64,000 nucleotides of DNA. Source: the human T2T-CHM13v2.0 reference genome, Homo sapiens. How positions within the stretch are numbered: the first letter of the stretch is position 1; every line of letters starts with the position of its first letter. Positions 14,350-27,974 of this stretch are shown in pieces. The stretch lies in the NCBI RefSeq assembly GCF_009914755.1, contig NC_060927.1. One strand, 5' to 3'. The notes beneath the pieces were generated by a model, which was not told where the DNA came from, ran no database searches, and saw only the letters and a program-made list of their open reading frames with translations. The translations under genes and the position numbers were made by a program.

Positions 14350-14656
14350 TGACTTCTTTCTTAGAGTTGTCTCTCTCTCAGTAATTACTGGGTTATCAAA
14401 CACATATATTTAAACAACCCTTTGGGTGGCACACAGGCATAGTCTGATTCAGCTATTTAAACATTGATTGATACGATATATTTTGGTAAGATACAAAACA
14501 TCTAACATTACCCAACAATCTCTTTCAATTGGTGGAAATTTACATTAAAAGAATATAGTAAACAAGAGAAGTAAGTAGTATGATTTTGCTAAGCAATGTC
14601 TGAAATATATAGTAAATGCAAATTTCCTTCTCTTCCATCCTTTCTTTCTAAAGCTA

Positions 14657-14761
14657 AATGTGTTCTCATTTAGGGTGGCGGTTTTCCAGGCTTGAGGATG
14701 GGGCCTTTGCTGAGGAATCACCTTCTTTTACCTAATATTTCCCTGTCTCTTGTTCATATAA
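14657..14761 (-). mobile_element. ~100-bp 5' end of an LTR1/LTR27/LTR28-like ERV1 LTR
   Basis: Reverse complement reads ...GAACAAGAGACAGGGAAATATTAGGTAAAAGAAGGTGATTCCTCAGCAAAGGCCCCATCCTCAAGCCTGGAAAACCGCCACCCTAAATGAGAACA, resembling the LTR1-group start. Confidence 0.7.
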
Positions 14762-14944
14762 TCAGTATTCTTTTATCCATAAAAAGGAGAATAGTTCTCA
14801 GATTACCCCATCATGGCATTTCTAAATACTGTTTGGAAACACTACTACAAAATAATTTTTTTTGCACACAAAATTTCAATTTAAGTCAGTTCTTCAAAGT
14901 CTCTTTAAACTTACAAAAGTTTATAGGTCCTTTTTTTGTCAGTG

Positions 14945-15120
14945 CAGTGATTCTTAAATTTTTCTTTTTTGTTGTTTATGGATCCCTTTGAGAATGTAAT
15001 GAAAATAAAGAGTCCTCAATATAGAAAAATGTACATATACATAATACAAAATACAACTCCTAGGATCCCAGGCTCCTGGGTCCCCTGGAGTCCATCCATG
15101 GGCTCCAGATTGAGAATGGC
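14945..15120. mobile_element. hAT-Charlie MITE (MER103C-like)
   Basis: CAGTGATTCTTAA...GGATCCCTTTGAGAATGTAATGAAA...AGAAAAATGTACATATACA...CCATGGGCTCCAGATTGAGAA. Confidence 0.6.
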
Positions 15121-15946
15121 ATAAGAATCCAACGATCAATTTATTTACTACAGAAGACTCATATTTTAATTGAAATTTTATAAATTCTAAGTCGTTATGA
15201 AGCTTGAAAAATCATCGTTTACCATTGCTAATATCATGAAGGGAAAAGTTTGAATCAATTTGGTTTCATAGGCCATGTGTGAATATTGATTTCAGCCTGC
15301 CACATAGCCTTTCTGCACACTAAGTGAAGAGACTATTCTGGCTGCATTTCAAGGCAACACTCATCCACCTCAGTGATAAATGCTGAAAACAAGCTGCAAG
15401 GGATCCAGCTGCCTCAGCCACATCACAGCCTGCTTCTATATGTGTCCAAAAGATTAGTTAAATAATATTGATAATTCTGCATGCAGTAATTATTTCCTTG
15501 TTTCCATAGACTTGAGTGAGAAGTTATTTGAAATTTCCAAATCTATGTCAAAAGACAGATGATTCTGAAAAGTGCTAGGATTTTGACTATTTGTGGGTAA
15601 AAATCCTTAAATGCTTATTAATTCGACAGTTATTATTTATTTCATATAAATGTAAAATACATTAAAAGCCTATACTTTAATAAAGCTAAAATGAAATGTC
15701 TTATTTTTTTTCTGTTTACACAGGGCATCAATTTTACCCAGATTTTCATTTCCTTAGCACACTTATAGGGTATCATTTTAAAGTTGGTTCATTGCTCAGA
15801 TTGCCTATAACAGACTGTTTCCACTAAATATAATGCATAATCTTTTACTTACATGTTAAGAAATAGTTTCTATAGCACAGACATCATTACCTGATTCGGC
15901 CTCAATGAGCTTTTTAAAAAATGTATAAAAATTCACAAAAATAGAA

Positions 15947-16302
15947 TGTATTAGTCCGTTTTTATGCTGCTGATAAAGACATACCCAAGACTGGGCAACT
16001 TATTGGACTCACAGTTCCATGTGGCTGGGGAGTTTTCACAATTACAGTGAAAGGCAAGGAGGAGCAAGTCACATCTTACATGAATGGCAGCAGGCAAAGA
16101 GAGAGTGTGTGTAGGGAAACTCCCATTTTTAAAACCATCAGATCTTGTAAGACTTTTTCACTATCACAAGAACAGCATGGGAAAGACTCGCTCCCATGAG
16201 TCAATTACCTCCCACGGGGTTCCTCCCACGACACATTATGGGAATTGCGGCAGTTACAATTCTAGATGAGATTTGGGTGGGGACACAGCCAAATCAATAT
16301 CA
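15947..16302 (-). mobile_element. THE1B solo LTR
   Basis: TGTATTAGTCCGTT...GGCAAGGAGGAGCAAGTCACATCTTACATG...GGGACACAGCCAAATCAATATCA; TSD TAGAA/TACAA. Confidence 0.92.
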
Positions 16303-16811
16303 TACAATAAAATGCAAAACGTACTTTTAAGATGATATTGTATGAACGGTTTAGATAATTTTCAATAATGAATAGTATTCATTTTCAAAGGTATATCATT
16401 TTTAGAAATGTTATATTTTAAAACATAAAAATGAGCAGTCCAGGTCAACTTTCTGTGATATATTAAATTTTGATTGCTAGTATATAAAAACAACACACAA
16501 AAAGCTGTCTTGCACATCACTCTCTTTGGAAATTATTAAGGAACTTTTTTAGAGATGAACATTTAATTGAAAAAAACGTAAGTCCTATGGAAAAGGTCAC
16601 TTAAAAACTCAAAAAAAGTTACAGATATGTTATAAGTCTAATGTTCAAGTCCGTTGATATCAGGAGTCCAAGGTTGTATGTACAAAACCATGCTTTATGT
16701 CACATAGACAATTAATTCACTTTCTACTCTTTTGATAAACATCAGTTTGAAGTCTGTAAGCTCACAAATTTAGACTCAAAGTTATTACAGTACACTAGAA
16801 TTAATTATATG

Positions 16812-17146
16812 CAGTCAACCCTTCATATCAGTGTGTTCCACATCCATGGATTCAACTAATCTTAAATCAAATATACTTTGAAAAAATATCACAAAGTTCT
16901 AAAAAACAAAACTTAAATTTGATGCACACTGTGTACTACATTGAATCCATGCAAATGAAGTGATGTGTAGACCCCATAGTAAGTGTTATCCATAATCTAG
17001 ATATAATTTAAAATATATGAGAGGATGTACACAGGTAATAAGCAAATAAATACTATGTCATTTTATATAAAGGACTTGAGCATGTGGATTTGGGTATCCA
17101 TAAGGAGTCCTGGAACCTATCCCCCATAGATACCAAGGGATGACTG
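16812..17146 (+). mobile_element. MER2/MER2B (Tigger-family) MITE
   Basis: TIRs CAGTCAACCCTTCATATC / GATACCAAGGGATGACTG followed by TA; ~335 bp. Confidence 0.85.
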
Positions 17147-17389
17147 TATACCAGTAAATTATAAAATAATATAAAAATAAAACGTGTTTTCTAAATGCTT
17201 ACTTCTTTTTCAGAAAAATAAACTTCAAAAGTTCTTTGATATTTGAAACTTCTTAATTCTTCTTAAACGAAGACGACTCATCTATCACAATATATTTTCT
17301 TCAGACACTAGATCTGTTACATTTTTCTTTAGACACTAGATCTTCACTTTATGAAGAAAATAATTCCACATATATTTAAAACATACTAT

Positions 17390-17570
17390 ATGCTCACTAT
17401 TGGCTAAATATATTACATGTATAATCTCATTTAATCCTTAAAATGACTCTATGAGTGATGTCATTTTACTGATGAAGAAAGTGAAGCTTTTAGAGATGAA
17501 ATACTCACACCACTGGCAGGATGGAGATTTCAGCTGCAGTCCTCTTGACTCCAAATTTTGAGCTTTACCC
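17390..17570. mobile_element. MIR SINE
   Basis: ATCTCATTTAATCCTT...CATTTTACTGATGAAGAAAGTGAAGCT. Confidence 0.6.
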
Positions 17571-17689
17571 CCTACAGTCGTCATCCCTTACAACTATCAT
17601 GGTCTTAAATGTCTTCCCTAGTACTACAACTTGTGAAATGTTACACAAAATTTTAAAACATCGGCATCTTACTAAATAAAGGCACAATA

Positions 17690-17920
17690 TCATTATAGTT
17701 ACAAGTGTGGGCTGTGGAGCAGATTCCTGATCCCACCAACCAGTGGTCTAAATTACTTAAACTCCGTTCTTCAGTTTATACATCTGCAAAATTGGTGTAA
17801 TTATAATGCTAATTTTATAAACTTATTATGGTTATGAAATGAAACCTATCCAACAATACATACAAATTACTAAAAAACAGCCTTAGAACATAATAAATAA
17901 TGTATGTTGTTAATGTAACT
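17690..17920. mobile_element. MIR SINE (opposite orientation to previous)
   Basis: AAATTACTTAAACTCCGTTCTTCAGTTTATACATCTGCAAAATTGG. Confidence 0.6.
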
Positions 17921-19402
17921 ACTATTATCAAGTTATCTTTTCTTCACATGTCACTTTTCCATGAAAAAAAAACAAAATTTTTATCAGATAGAAGTCATAT
18001 ATTGTGGTTTTTCATCTCCTTTGAAATGGAATTGCTTTTCAATATATGAAGCTAAATATTTACATTGTGTTTTACATCACTGTCCAAGACAACTATTTTT
18101 TCCCTAGGAATGAGCATTTCATATTGAAAAATATTTCATTCTATAATTAACCCAGCTAAAGTCTAGAACATAAGGATAGGAAAGAAGAAAGAAAAACTAA
18201 AGAAAAGAAATAAAGCCCTGGAGGCTGGACATTTACATCACCTCTAGGAGTGAAAATAATAATGCCTCCTTCACAGATTCACTGCCAACACCTTTTCCTT
18301 TATACTGGGCGTACCAAGCTGTTTACCATATGGGTGTTATTTAGCCATCTCAATTGCCTAGGACTGATTGAATGGCACCCACACACACACAAATGTCTAC
18401 ACATTTTGTAACTTAAAAAATTGAATAATAGTTATTACTATTCTGGATAAAAGACAAATGTTTTACCTTTTCATTTCAGTTAATATTCTAGCAACATTAG
18501 CCAAAAATCTTCTTAAAACTATCTTAAACTACTCGTGATCTTTGATGATGCTTTTTTAATGTTTCTACTTACTTTATTACATTGAAGCAAGTGATTAGCA
18601 GAGTGATTTAAAGTCAATTTCCTAAGGAATGAAATTTATGTTATGTTAATAATGTATGATCACACTATTAGGCCATATTGTCCTCTAGAACAAAGACACT
18701 ACTTTATCAATGCAGGCCCTCCACGCGTACTCACTAAACAGAACGCTAATCACTCAATAAGCTCATGGTAATGGCATATAAAAAGGTAGTGAGGATGAAG
18801 TGGTGGAAAGTGTAGTTATTTCAAATATATTAACTTTAACTTGAGAGGAGTCAGAAAGTTTCCAACTCATTTGCTAAAATTTTATCTTGAATTTGTTAAA
18901 ATAGAATATCTTCTTCAAAAGAAACATAGACTTTTAGACTAAGAAAATACCATAAAAGGGATATAACTCACAGACACACAATGGAAAAAAATTATTAGTA
19001 TTATTCTTCTATATTTTATGGTGGGGGAAAGAACTCTAAGCAAACGGCAATGGTCACTGACTGAATTTTGTTAAGTCATTTCACCATTTTGGCTTTTGTT
19101 TGCATTTCTATAAAATAATTGATCTAGAAATCTCTGAGTCCCTTCAAATATCTAGCTTTCTGCCTTTCTGCTTCTAGTAGTGGTAAACTCATTACATTTT
19201 TTATAGTTTGCCGTAAAATTCAAATTTTGATAATATTCTTGGCTTCCTGTATTTTTATCCATCAGTTGTTTCTGTCAGTGACTCAGGAAACACTAAGCGT
19301 ACTCTCTCTTAGAATCTTTTACATATCTGTAAGTCTGCTAATGCGTCCTTTCCCCCACAAGTCTTCTCTTTTATAAGCTAAGTTAGTTCTGCCAAAGTGG
19401 AG

Positions 19403-19455
19403 TAAAAATAAAAATAAATAAAAAATAAATAAATAAAAGTAAAAATAAATAAAAA
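19403..19455 (+). repeat. A-rich simple repeat (TAAAAA/TAAA)n
   Basis: Directly visible. Confidence 0.85.
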
Positions 19456-19639
19456 TGTAATGCATCCATTTTAATGAAAACACATGGATTGCATTGAGTA
19501 AAATAGTAAATTTTAGATTTTGAAGATTTCATTAGAGCTGTTTTGCCCTAAACAAACAAAAAAAGCTATTTACTTAAACATCTTATTTTCTTCAAACACA
19601 TATTCCACACAGCCTTCAGAATAATTATTCAGAAATACA

Positions 19640-20165
19640 CAACTGAACAATTGTCCTCATTATGTATTCTCTTTGTATCTCTTAAATTGTTCTGGATAAA
19701 ATCCAAAGTTTCTAATATTTCACAGGGGAACTGATCACCTGTCTTTAGCTCACACTTTTGCTACTCTCTACCTTCCAGTTTTTGGTAAAGCACGGAATTG
19801 TCTCTGGTTCCTAAGCCAGAAGCTGCTGTTTCTTTCATTTACTAGTTCAAGCTGGTGCTTCTTCACCAGGCTAATCTATAGTCATTGTTTAAGCAACAAC
19901 CAAAGCATTACCTCTAAGGAAGCCCTCTCTGGCCTCCAGATGAGATTGTCTCTTCTTATTACCCCATATCATCCAGTGCAAATATCTTAACATTATATTC
20001 ACCACAGTGATTTACAAATAATGCTTCTAACAGATTCTTCTACACTCAATTCTGAGCTACTTGAGAGTAAGAGCTCCGTTTTGCTCATCTCTGTACCCCT
20101 CATGCTCAGCCCAGTGCTTGGCATATGTCAACCTGTTGATAAGCACATGATAAGCACATGAATAT
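19640..20165 (+). mobile_element. L2 3' fragments
   Basis: CATTACCTCTAAGGAAGCCCTCTCTG...GAGCTACTTGAGAGTAAGAGC...CCCAGTGCTTGGCATATG. Confidence 0.55.
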
Positions 20166-22969
20166 GTGTATATTAAATAGGACAAATTCCAGTATGTAAC
20201 AGATGTTTGATCAACTGTGTAAGAAATACCATTGATCTGTACAGAATGTATGATAAGGGCAATGAAACAATAAAAAATAGGCACCTATTTATATTGCCAG
20301 CTAATTTGACACTTAACTTGAAGGAACATTGTGACACATGGCGGATGTTTATCACAATCATGTAGAATGTTCCAGTTTCAAAGAGCATCACAAATGATGT
20401 AACTTGAAAGTGGGAGGAAAGCTGCACATCCTTGAAACCCCCTCCTGGGTTCTGTTGTTGAAAGTGGGTGGAAAATGAGTAGAAACTGTATAGATGGCTG
20501 CGCACACTTGCCAGGGTAACTGTGTTCAGCCCCTCTTTAGTTCTGCCAAAGTGGAGGTGGTGCATGGAGCATGGTCTGCAAAACAGCAGATGAGGTTGGC
20601 TTGGTCCCCATGGAAACCAGATCTCCCATTGAGAAGTAAACATGTTTGGTACTTTTGTAATCAGAATCCATGAAAAAGTAAAAAACAATTCATTTCTATT
20701 ATATTTGTATTGTCTTGAAAGATTTATGCCAAGTTAGATTCACTGGAATATACTTCCAGTTCTATCACAGACTTTGTCAAGTTATGCTTCATTTTAACCA
20801 TTGACACAGAGATTGAAAAAGTTTCTCGGTTTGATTCAGTACTCTATAGAAGTCTAGAAAACTAATTCTATTCTATTATTTGATTAGGAATGTATGGTAA
20901 AATGACCAATATAGCCAAAGTATATAATTGTTCACTCCAGATCTCTACCTGGCGGCAAAGACATCTCAGTATCAAAATAATTTTACATTAAAAATAATGC
21001 TAACTGAAATTAAATAAACAGGTTCCTGGCCATAGCCAAGGTGACATCATTTCCATGAATCTTTAGAATATGCATTACACTTTTATGTAAACTGGAAAAG
21101 ATGACTTTTCTTCCTAATATATTGATCAGGCAGTTTTTAGGAGCTGTTGTGAAAATATTCAATCCTATCTCTTGAAATTCTTTCTGGGTATTAAATTTTT
21201 ATCTATACAAGTGAAATAATTCTGTACCTATTGTCATTAATTCATGTTGGAGGATTTGATTGGTGGAAAAATTGTATGTATAGCAATAAATATCCAGTAT
21301 CTGGAAAATTCTATCCTGGGTCCTAATTATAACAAAAATTGTTACCTTTCTTACATGTAGAAGTAATCCAACCTCACCTACACACTCTGGTTTTTGGAAA
21401 ATTAAAACTTTGCTTCAATAATTTTATATGTATAAGGTTGGAACACTGAGATATAAAAAGTTTGTTTATTAACTGTGCATTAGGGTCTAAGTGACATTAA
21501 ACATGTAGATATTTCCAGGTAATGTGACATTTGATATACTATAGACAACTGAGAGGACTGTCCCCCTCATCTTAATATACATATTTTTGTATTGTCTAGG
21601 TCTAAAAGTAAAAATAATAATAATACAACTTCTCTAAATATGAAATCACTCCTTCTAATATATTTACATGTGAAGACTCCAAAATTACTACATCTAAAAC
21701 TTAGCAGATTTTTTGAATTCATCCCAGAACACTTGCCAATCTTATATAAGATTCTTCTTTTGACATCATTTATAGAAATTGGCAGCCATGTGTTTCTAAT
21801 AGCTCATAAACACCAAGAATTCAGGCTGCTGTTTATTTATTAGGTTTGAGTAAATTTTTAAAAGGCTGTATTTCAATAAGCTGTGCTGTTGTCATGACTG
21901 ATGATAATATTACAGAGAATTTTCTAATATTTTTGTTAGAAATGTCAATAGCATTTTGTATCATGTTCTAATATAACATAAAGTTTCAAAGTTATTACAA
22001 ATATCTTAGCAAACTTTGAAAAAAAACCCAAGATTGAAAAAGTAACTATCTCAGGAATAAGCCCTTTTCATGTGTACATGATGTTCTGGAACAGAGCATT
22101 TCAAATGTGGTCTATGAAACCTGAGGCAAGGACAAAACCTCAGCTGCAGCAGGTTTTGACCTTGCTCATTTACTAGGATTGAAGGGTCCAGGAATAGGAG
22201 GGATTTCTTCCAGCCTATTTGTCCAAGTTCTTTACAATTACTTTCCTAATACATTGCACTGATCCAGTACCTTGTTACCTCTGATGCCTTCAGTCAATCA
22301 CATATTCCAATGCTCGTCTCTTTTTCCTTGCTCCCTTACCTGACTTTCATTTGCATGTTTTACCCACTTTAGTAAACACTTCTCTCATTGGAAAGGGGCA
22401 TAATAAAATTAATAGACTAAAGCCAACACCATAGAGCCACAGTGTAATAAGCTATCTCATTCAATGACCTTTCCAATTGAAGAATGTCCTTTATAATAAT
22501 ATCATATAGTAATTTCTCAATCTGTATTAAAGCACATCTTATGGGGGGTAATTTGCTCCTTCCCCAGAAGCCAATTTTATCTTTAGATGTGGTTGATTTT
22601 TAGAAAGGTCTGTCTTCTTTTAACTTCAGCCTATTGGTTCAAGTTTTGCCCTCTGAAGAAACATAAAATAAGCCATTTTTTTCTATTATTCCCTTTTTTA
22701 CATACCAGAAAAACAAATATTGGCCTGTCTGATTCACCTACAGTACATTGCTTATTTTATGGGTGTTTTCTGCATTTGGCAAGGAAAGCAGTTTCCAAAT
22801 TGAGGTCAGAATCAAAAGTGGCTTCCCAACTGGCCACAAATGTGATGATCACGAGTCTTAGAATCTAATTCAGTTGAGCATGCTCCCTGATTGAAACAGT
22901 TTAGAAATTTGCCTGCTGTTTAACCACCTCACTGTCACTATCCACTATCACTTACTGTATTTGTCAATG

Positions 22970-23611
22970 TTCAGTGAGAAAAGAGAGAACTCACTAGTTA
23001 TACTAACAGGTAATTTAATCCTAAGAATTCTAAATAGGCATAAAGCTGATGAAGGTAAAAGGCAAAAATAGAACACTAAGTCATCATGGAGCCAGCGATT
23101 GCAGAAAGTGGCTGCTACCTGCATGAGTGGAGAAACAAACAAAAGAGCATGGAGTTATTAAAACTTAGTAGCTCAAAAGTTTCAAGAAAGGGCTTTAGAG
23201 CAGGCACCAATTCTTAGCTTAGGGGAGGGACCTCAGGGAGCTGGAATTCAGACCTCTAAGGAGGGGGTCCTAGCCTACTAGCTTGGTGTTTTTGAAGAGG
23301 CTGGCTTTATAAGTATTGAAGAAACTGCAAACAATCCAACAGCTGCTGCTATTGGAACAAACCATCACCGCAGGGTGAAGTAGCAAAGCTGGAGAGACAG
23401 GGACAGCAACAGAAAAACAATAGGAGCAAGCAGAATCCCCTTTTCTTTTTCTAGCCTTTCAGCCTTCCTTTAGCATCCCAACTCATAGGGTCTAACAGGG
23501 AGCCAGCTGCCAAACCAGAAATGTGGTTTGCAGAGGCGCAGCCCAAGCTTTATGGAGAAGCATATGGGGTGGGTTTTGAAACTGAGAGATAATAGCTTAA
23601 TAACTGGCACA
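22970..23611. mobile_element. Ancient LTR (LTR78-like)
   Basis: GAGCTGGAATTCAGACCTCTAAGGAGGGGG...CTAACAGGGAGCCAGCTG...GAGAGATAATAGCTTAATAACTGGCACA terminus. Confidence 0.55.
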
Positions 23612-23955
23612 CTTACTTTACTGTGTTTTTAATTATTTGCATAAATAACTGCCTTTTCAGCCTAAAAATTTCTCTTTGAAGGCAGAAAATACGTTTGTGC
23701 TCATTCCATTATATGAAATAGTATTTGATCTACTTTTGCTGTTGAATAAATGCATGTTTAATGTATAATGGCCCTGTGTTTATCCATGTTAACTAGCATT
23801 CTGTTAAATGCAGCAATTGTTCTAGTTTTAATTTTTTTCCCCCACAGAAATAATTCTGGGTCTCTTAGTTATTACTCCCAGCTTTTGGATCATCTGCAAA
23901 TTTTGTATGCATTAACTATTATTACAAATAATTGATGTAAAATTTGTTGTAAAAC

Positions 23956-24106
23956 AGTCTTTCTCTAACCTCAAAGGATGTAAACATCACCTGGTGAGCC
24001 ACTTAAACATAGGTTCCTGGGTCTTACTCCAATGATTCTGATTCAGTAGATCTGAAGTGGGACATGAAAACTTATATTTCTAACAAACTCACACACATGC
24101 TGAAGC
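23956..24106. mobile_element. MER5A MITE
   Basis: ATCACCTGGTGAGCC...GATTCTGATTCAGTAGATCTGAAGTGGG...ATTTCTAACAA. Confidence 0.7.
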
Positions 24107-24300
24107 CTCCCTTCATTTTTAGTTACGTTGCTTTAGTAAAAAGTCAGAATGTGTCAGTCTGTTAAAGCTGCTTCATACTTTAATTCAACAAAACATTTAT
24201 TGGCCACATAATATCTATAAATCACCCTGTTGGAAATTTCAAGAAATCCTGCAATGATTAAAATATGTTCTCTCTTCTCAAAGGGTTTTAAATTAATAAC

Positions 24301-24798
24301 ACAGTAGACATGCCTGACAGCTATAACTTGACTTGCACATTCTCTGAGAATGATCTTGTATGGCAGACACAACTGAATGTGTGTTGAGTTCCAAGCTCAG
24401 GAATCTGGGAGTGGCCAACACGGAGATCCATTACTTATCTGTGAGGAACATCTGAGCCCCTCACCACAACCACCATTCTGTGGAACGTGGGCCATGCAGG
24501 GAATGGAGGCCATGTGTTTTGGGTTAAATGAAGTTTTCTAGGTGGAGGTTGTTAGGGTAAGGGTGTTAAGTGAAAATGCTATACAAAGTGCATGATTTTT
24601 GTGAGGGACTGCAGTTCTTTTGCCCAGCTTACCACCACTGGGCCGTGCAATTATCCTGTCCAGCCTGCTGCCACTGGACTCTCCTGTACATAATTCCCCC
24701 AGAAAAACCCATGTGTCATTCACTGGCTCTGCACCTCTTCTTCAGCCTCTTGAAGCTGGTCCCATACCAGTTGGAGTTGATACGGATTTAGCATGACA
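24301..24798 (+). mobile_element. LTR47-like ERVL solo LTR
   Basis: GTATGGCAGACACAACTGAATGTGTG...GGGAGTGGCCAAC...TTTTGGGTTAAATGAAG...GTGAAAATGCTATA...GCATGACA; flanked by ATAAC on both sides (possible 5-bp TSD). Confidence 0.75.
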
Positions 24799-26639
24799 AT
24801 AACTTAGTATAAAACCTACAATCATTAAATAAGGACTAAAACTGTGCAAATAATGTTATTTGGGATACACAGAGGAAGGAAACATAATCAAATAGTGATT
24901 TTTTTTATGTCAAATCTGAAGCTGACTTTGGAATGTTAATTAAAATTATGTATTACTTGTTTTTATTCTTAATAAATAAGTAATGTGGTTAGAATATCCC
25001 ATTACAGATCAGTGTTATTCAGCTTCAACTATTTTATTGGTACTTTATATCCATTACTTAAGTAATTTCGGTGTCTATTCTTTACTCAGATTTCTGCTTT
25101 TATATACTTCATGATAGAATTTATTTTAAAAAAACAAAATAAGGAAGGAAAATTTCAGATAAACCTCTGAAAGTGGTGTAATGGAGAAAGTGAGAGGGAC
25201 AAAAGTGAAGGAAAAAATGTGCAGAAGCTGATGATCTCTCTCTCTATCCATGACTCCAAAATGCTAGAATGTCATCATCAGAGCACTAGACATTTGCTGC
25301 CACATGTATCTACAGATCATGTTCTCATAGCCACAGACTGTACTAAGTGTAACCAGATCATTTGTTCAGAAAGGGGTTTCAGTGGAATGATGAGAATGAA
25401 GCAAATAAAACCAATTTCCTGTAGTCAATACTGAGGGGAAATATCAATTTAAATGGAATACCACAGACCCACAGCTTTGGGCCTGATTCCCTAGATTCAA
25501 ATATTGGATTTCTTAGCTGTTAAGGTGCAAACTAATGTGGTAACTCTTTTATGGGATTATTTTGAGGATTTAATGCATAAATTCAGTTAATGCACTGAGA
25601 AGTATCTGGTAGATAGAAATTACTAAACATAGCTGAGTTATTATTTTACAGATAGATCAATAACATCATCTTCATACAAAGTATAGTTGGTCTGTTATCC
25701 AAAAAGCATTATTTTAAGACGAGTAATTTTTGGTAATGCATTTGAATATTTTTGAAAATGAATTTAAAAATTACAATTTTTAAGACTAAAACATATTACT
25801 TAAACATGTTTATCCCCTTTGCTTTCCTTTATCTTACTGAGAAAGATAAAATAAGTAGTATAAAGAATAGTTTAAATAGATATTTGGATAAATATTGTGA
25901 TGGGTTGTAAAAGTTTACCAAAATTTAAAACAGCATAGATAATAAAAAATGAGCAGTGTTTTATCTTAGTTTGAAAATATAAGCACTATTATGACTATGC
26001 TAACAATTTGTACATTATAGAACATTCAAGTTCTTGTTTTACACTTGTTTTGCATCTTTAAACCTTTAGCCATTATTATTTGTTAAAATATCAAAGAGCA
26101 TTAAACAAGGCCAATAAAATAATATAATAAAATTCTTCCACTTGGCAATTAATTGTAATTGAAACATGGCTAAAATGGTGCTTAGTACTTAGAAATACTA
26201 AATGTTATATTTCTAAATTACCTGGATTCAGGCCACTTTATTATATGAGAAAGAGGCAAGCCCCATCTTAAAAGATGATTCTGCATATTTTATTGCTGTT
26301 TTGGCCAAACTATCTCCTTTATTTCTTCATCAAAAAAGAATTATCTCAAAAATACAGTGTCTAGGGACATATTGGCATTATAGACTGATATTATATGCCT
26401 TTTCTCGATACATAATTGTTACAAAGATTAACCTAAAACCAATAAGCTTATATGTGTCTGTATATGTGAGTGTACATATTTCCCCATCCTGAGCCCTGCT
26501 TCTCTCAGATACTTTTACATGTGCGGGCATTCTTCATTCTTTTCATTCTCATGGTACCTAACTGTGAAACTCAGAAATTGAGTTTCAGATATCATGGTAG
26601 AAGGAGGAAGATCTTGGGTCTATCCTGATTCATCTAAGT

Positions 26640-26757
26640 CAGTGGCTCTCAGCCTTAATTGCACATTGGAATTTCCTGGGGAACAGAAGGGCTCGGAATG
26701 TTTTTTGTAAAATCTTTTCAAGTGATTATAAAATGCAGCTAAGTTTGCAGACCATTG
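26640..26757. mobile_element. MER5A1-type MITE
   Basis: TIR-like CAGTGGCTCTCA / GCAGACCATTG flanked by TA-centred 8-mers. Confidence 0.65.
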
Positions 26758-27131
26758 CTTTAAATCAACAAGTAGGTGTATTTTCTTACTACTATATTCT
26801 TGCCACCACCCATCCAACCCATTTTACCTGGATCCTGCCAACCTCTGATTAAGACACCTATTGAGCATTATTAGTACATGCACACATCAGTGCATTCATG
26901 ATGACAAAAAGATTCTCCCTTTTTATAACAATTACTATATTTGGGAGATTTATGCTTAATTTTTTTTAAAAAAATACTTATTTATGCCAGTGTATATGAG
27001 GCACCAGCCTAGCTGCTACTGGAAATACAAAGGTGAGTTGGATATACTGTTTGCAGTCAAGGAGCTTGAAATTTTGTGAAAAGAGACAAATTCATGTGCA
27101 AAGATATTTTAGTATCAGAAAGGTTTTAATG

Positions 27132-27298
27132 CAGTTTTTTTCAACACGGGCTGTACATTAGAATCACCTGGAGAGTTTTAAAAAATGTTGATGGCTGGCC
27201 CCAGAACTGCATCAGGGTTCCCCAAGAACTGCATCAGAATTTTTCAAGTGCTCCCCACGCAAATGTCTCTAATGTGTCTCTGGGACTGGGAAGCACAA
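27132..27298. mobile_element. MER5A1-type MITE
   Basis: GGCTGTACATTAGAATCACCTGGAGAGTTTTAAAAAAT; internal AGAACTGCATCAG duplication. Confidence 0.65.
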
Positions 27299-27399
27299 CT
27301 TTAATTTATGTTCTAATAGCAATAAAAGTTCTATGACAATGAGGAAAGAAATGGTTTTGAGGAATAGGGAGCATTGAATGTTAATGGAGGATGCTCATG

Positions 27400-27860
27400 A
27401 ACTTATTGTATAGCAGATACTTTACATGAGTTAATTCACTTAATTATCACACAAAAAAACCCTGAAATAGATGCTATAATCCCTTTTTTAACAACTGAGA
27501 AAACCAAGTTACAGAAAAAGTAACTTACCCAAGACCGAGGAGATAGCGGAGTCCAAACCAGGGACTCTAACGTCAAGGCTTGTTCTCAAATACTATGCTA
27601 TTCTTCCTAAAGAATGGGAATTTAGAAAGTAGATAAATGTAAATACATTCCAGGAGAAGAAACAGAATGCATGATATGGAGTAGTGTTTACAAGCAAAGG
27701 CCCTGGGGCCAGATACATGCCTCTTCAAATTCTGGGTCTATCATGAATTAGGCAAGTTACTTAGCTTCTGTGTGCCCCAGTTTTCCCATATGTACAGAAA
27801 GAATAATAAGAGCACTTATTTCACAGAATTGGTGTAAGATAAAATAAATCAATACGTTAA
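27400..27860. mobile_element. Two MIR SINEs in opposite orientation
   Basis: AACTGAGAAAACCAAGTTACAG..GTAACTTACCCAAG and GGCAAGTTACTTAGCTTCTGTGTGCCCCAGTTTTCCCAT. Confidence 0.6.
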
Positions 27861-27974
27861 TATTAGCAATGATAGTTGCTTTGAGAAAAAGAACAACTAC
27901 CAGGGAAGTTGAAATGTCTGGTTGTAAAACAGTAAGAAGTCCAGTGTTAGATTATGGGACGCATGGTAGCCTAA

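Noticed and set aside
20173-20688. 171-aa minus-strand ORF, the longest outside transposons
   Set aside because: No recognisable domain or homologue, non-ATG start and composition typical of a random AT-rich ORF. It would need PhyloCSF or ribosome-profiling support.
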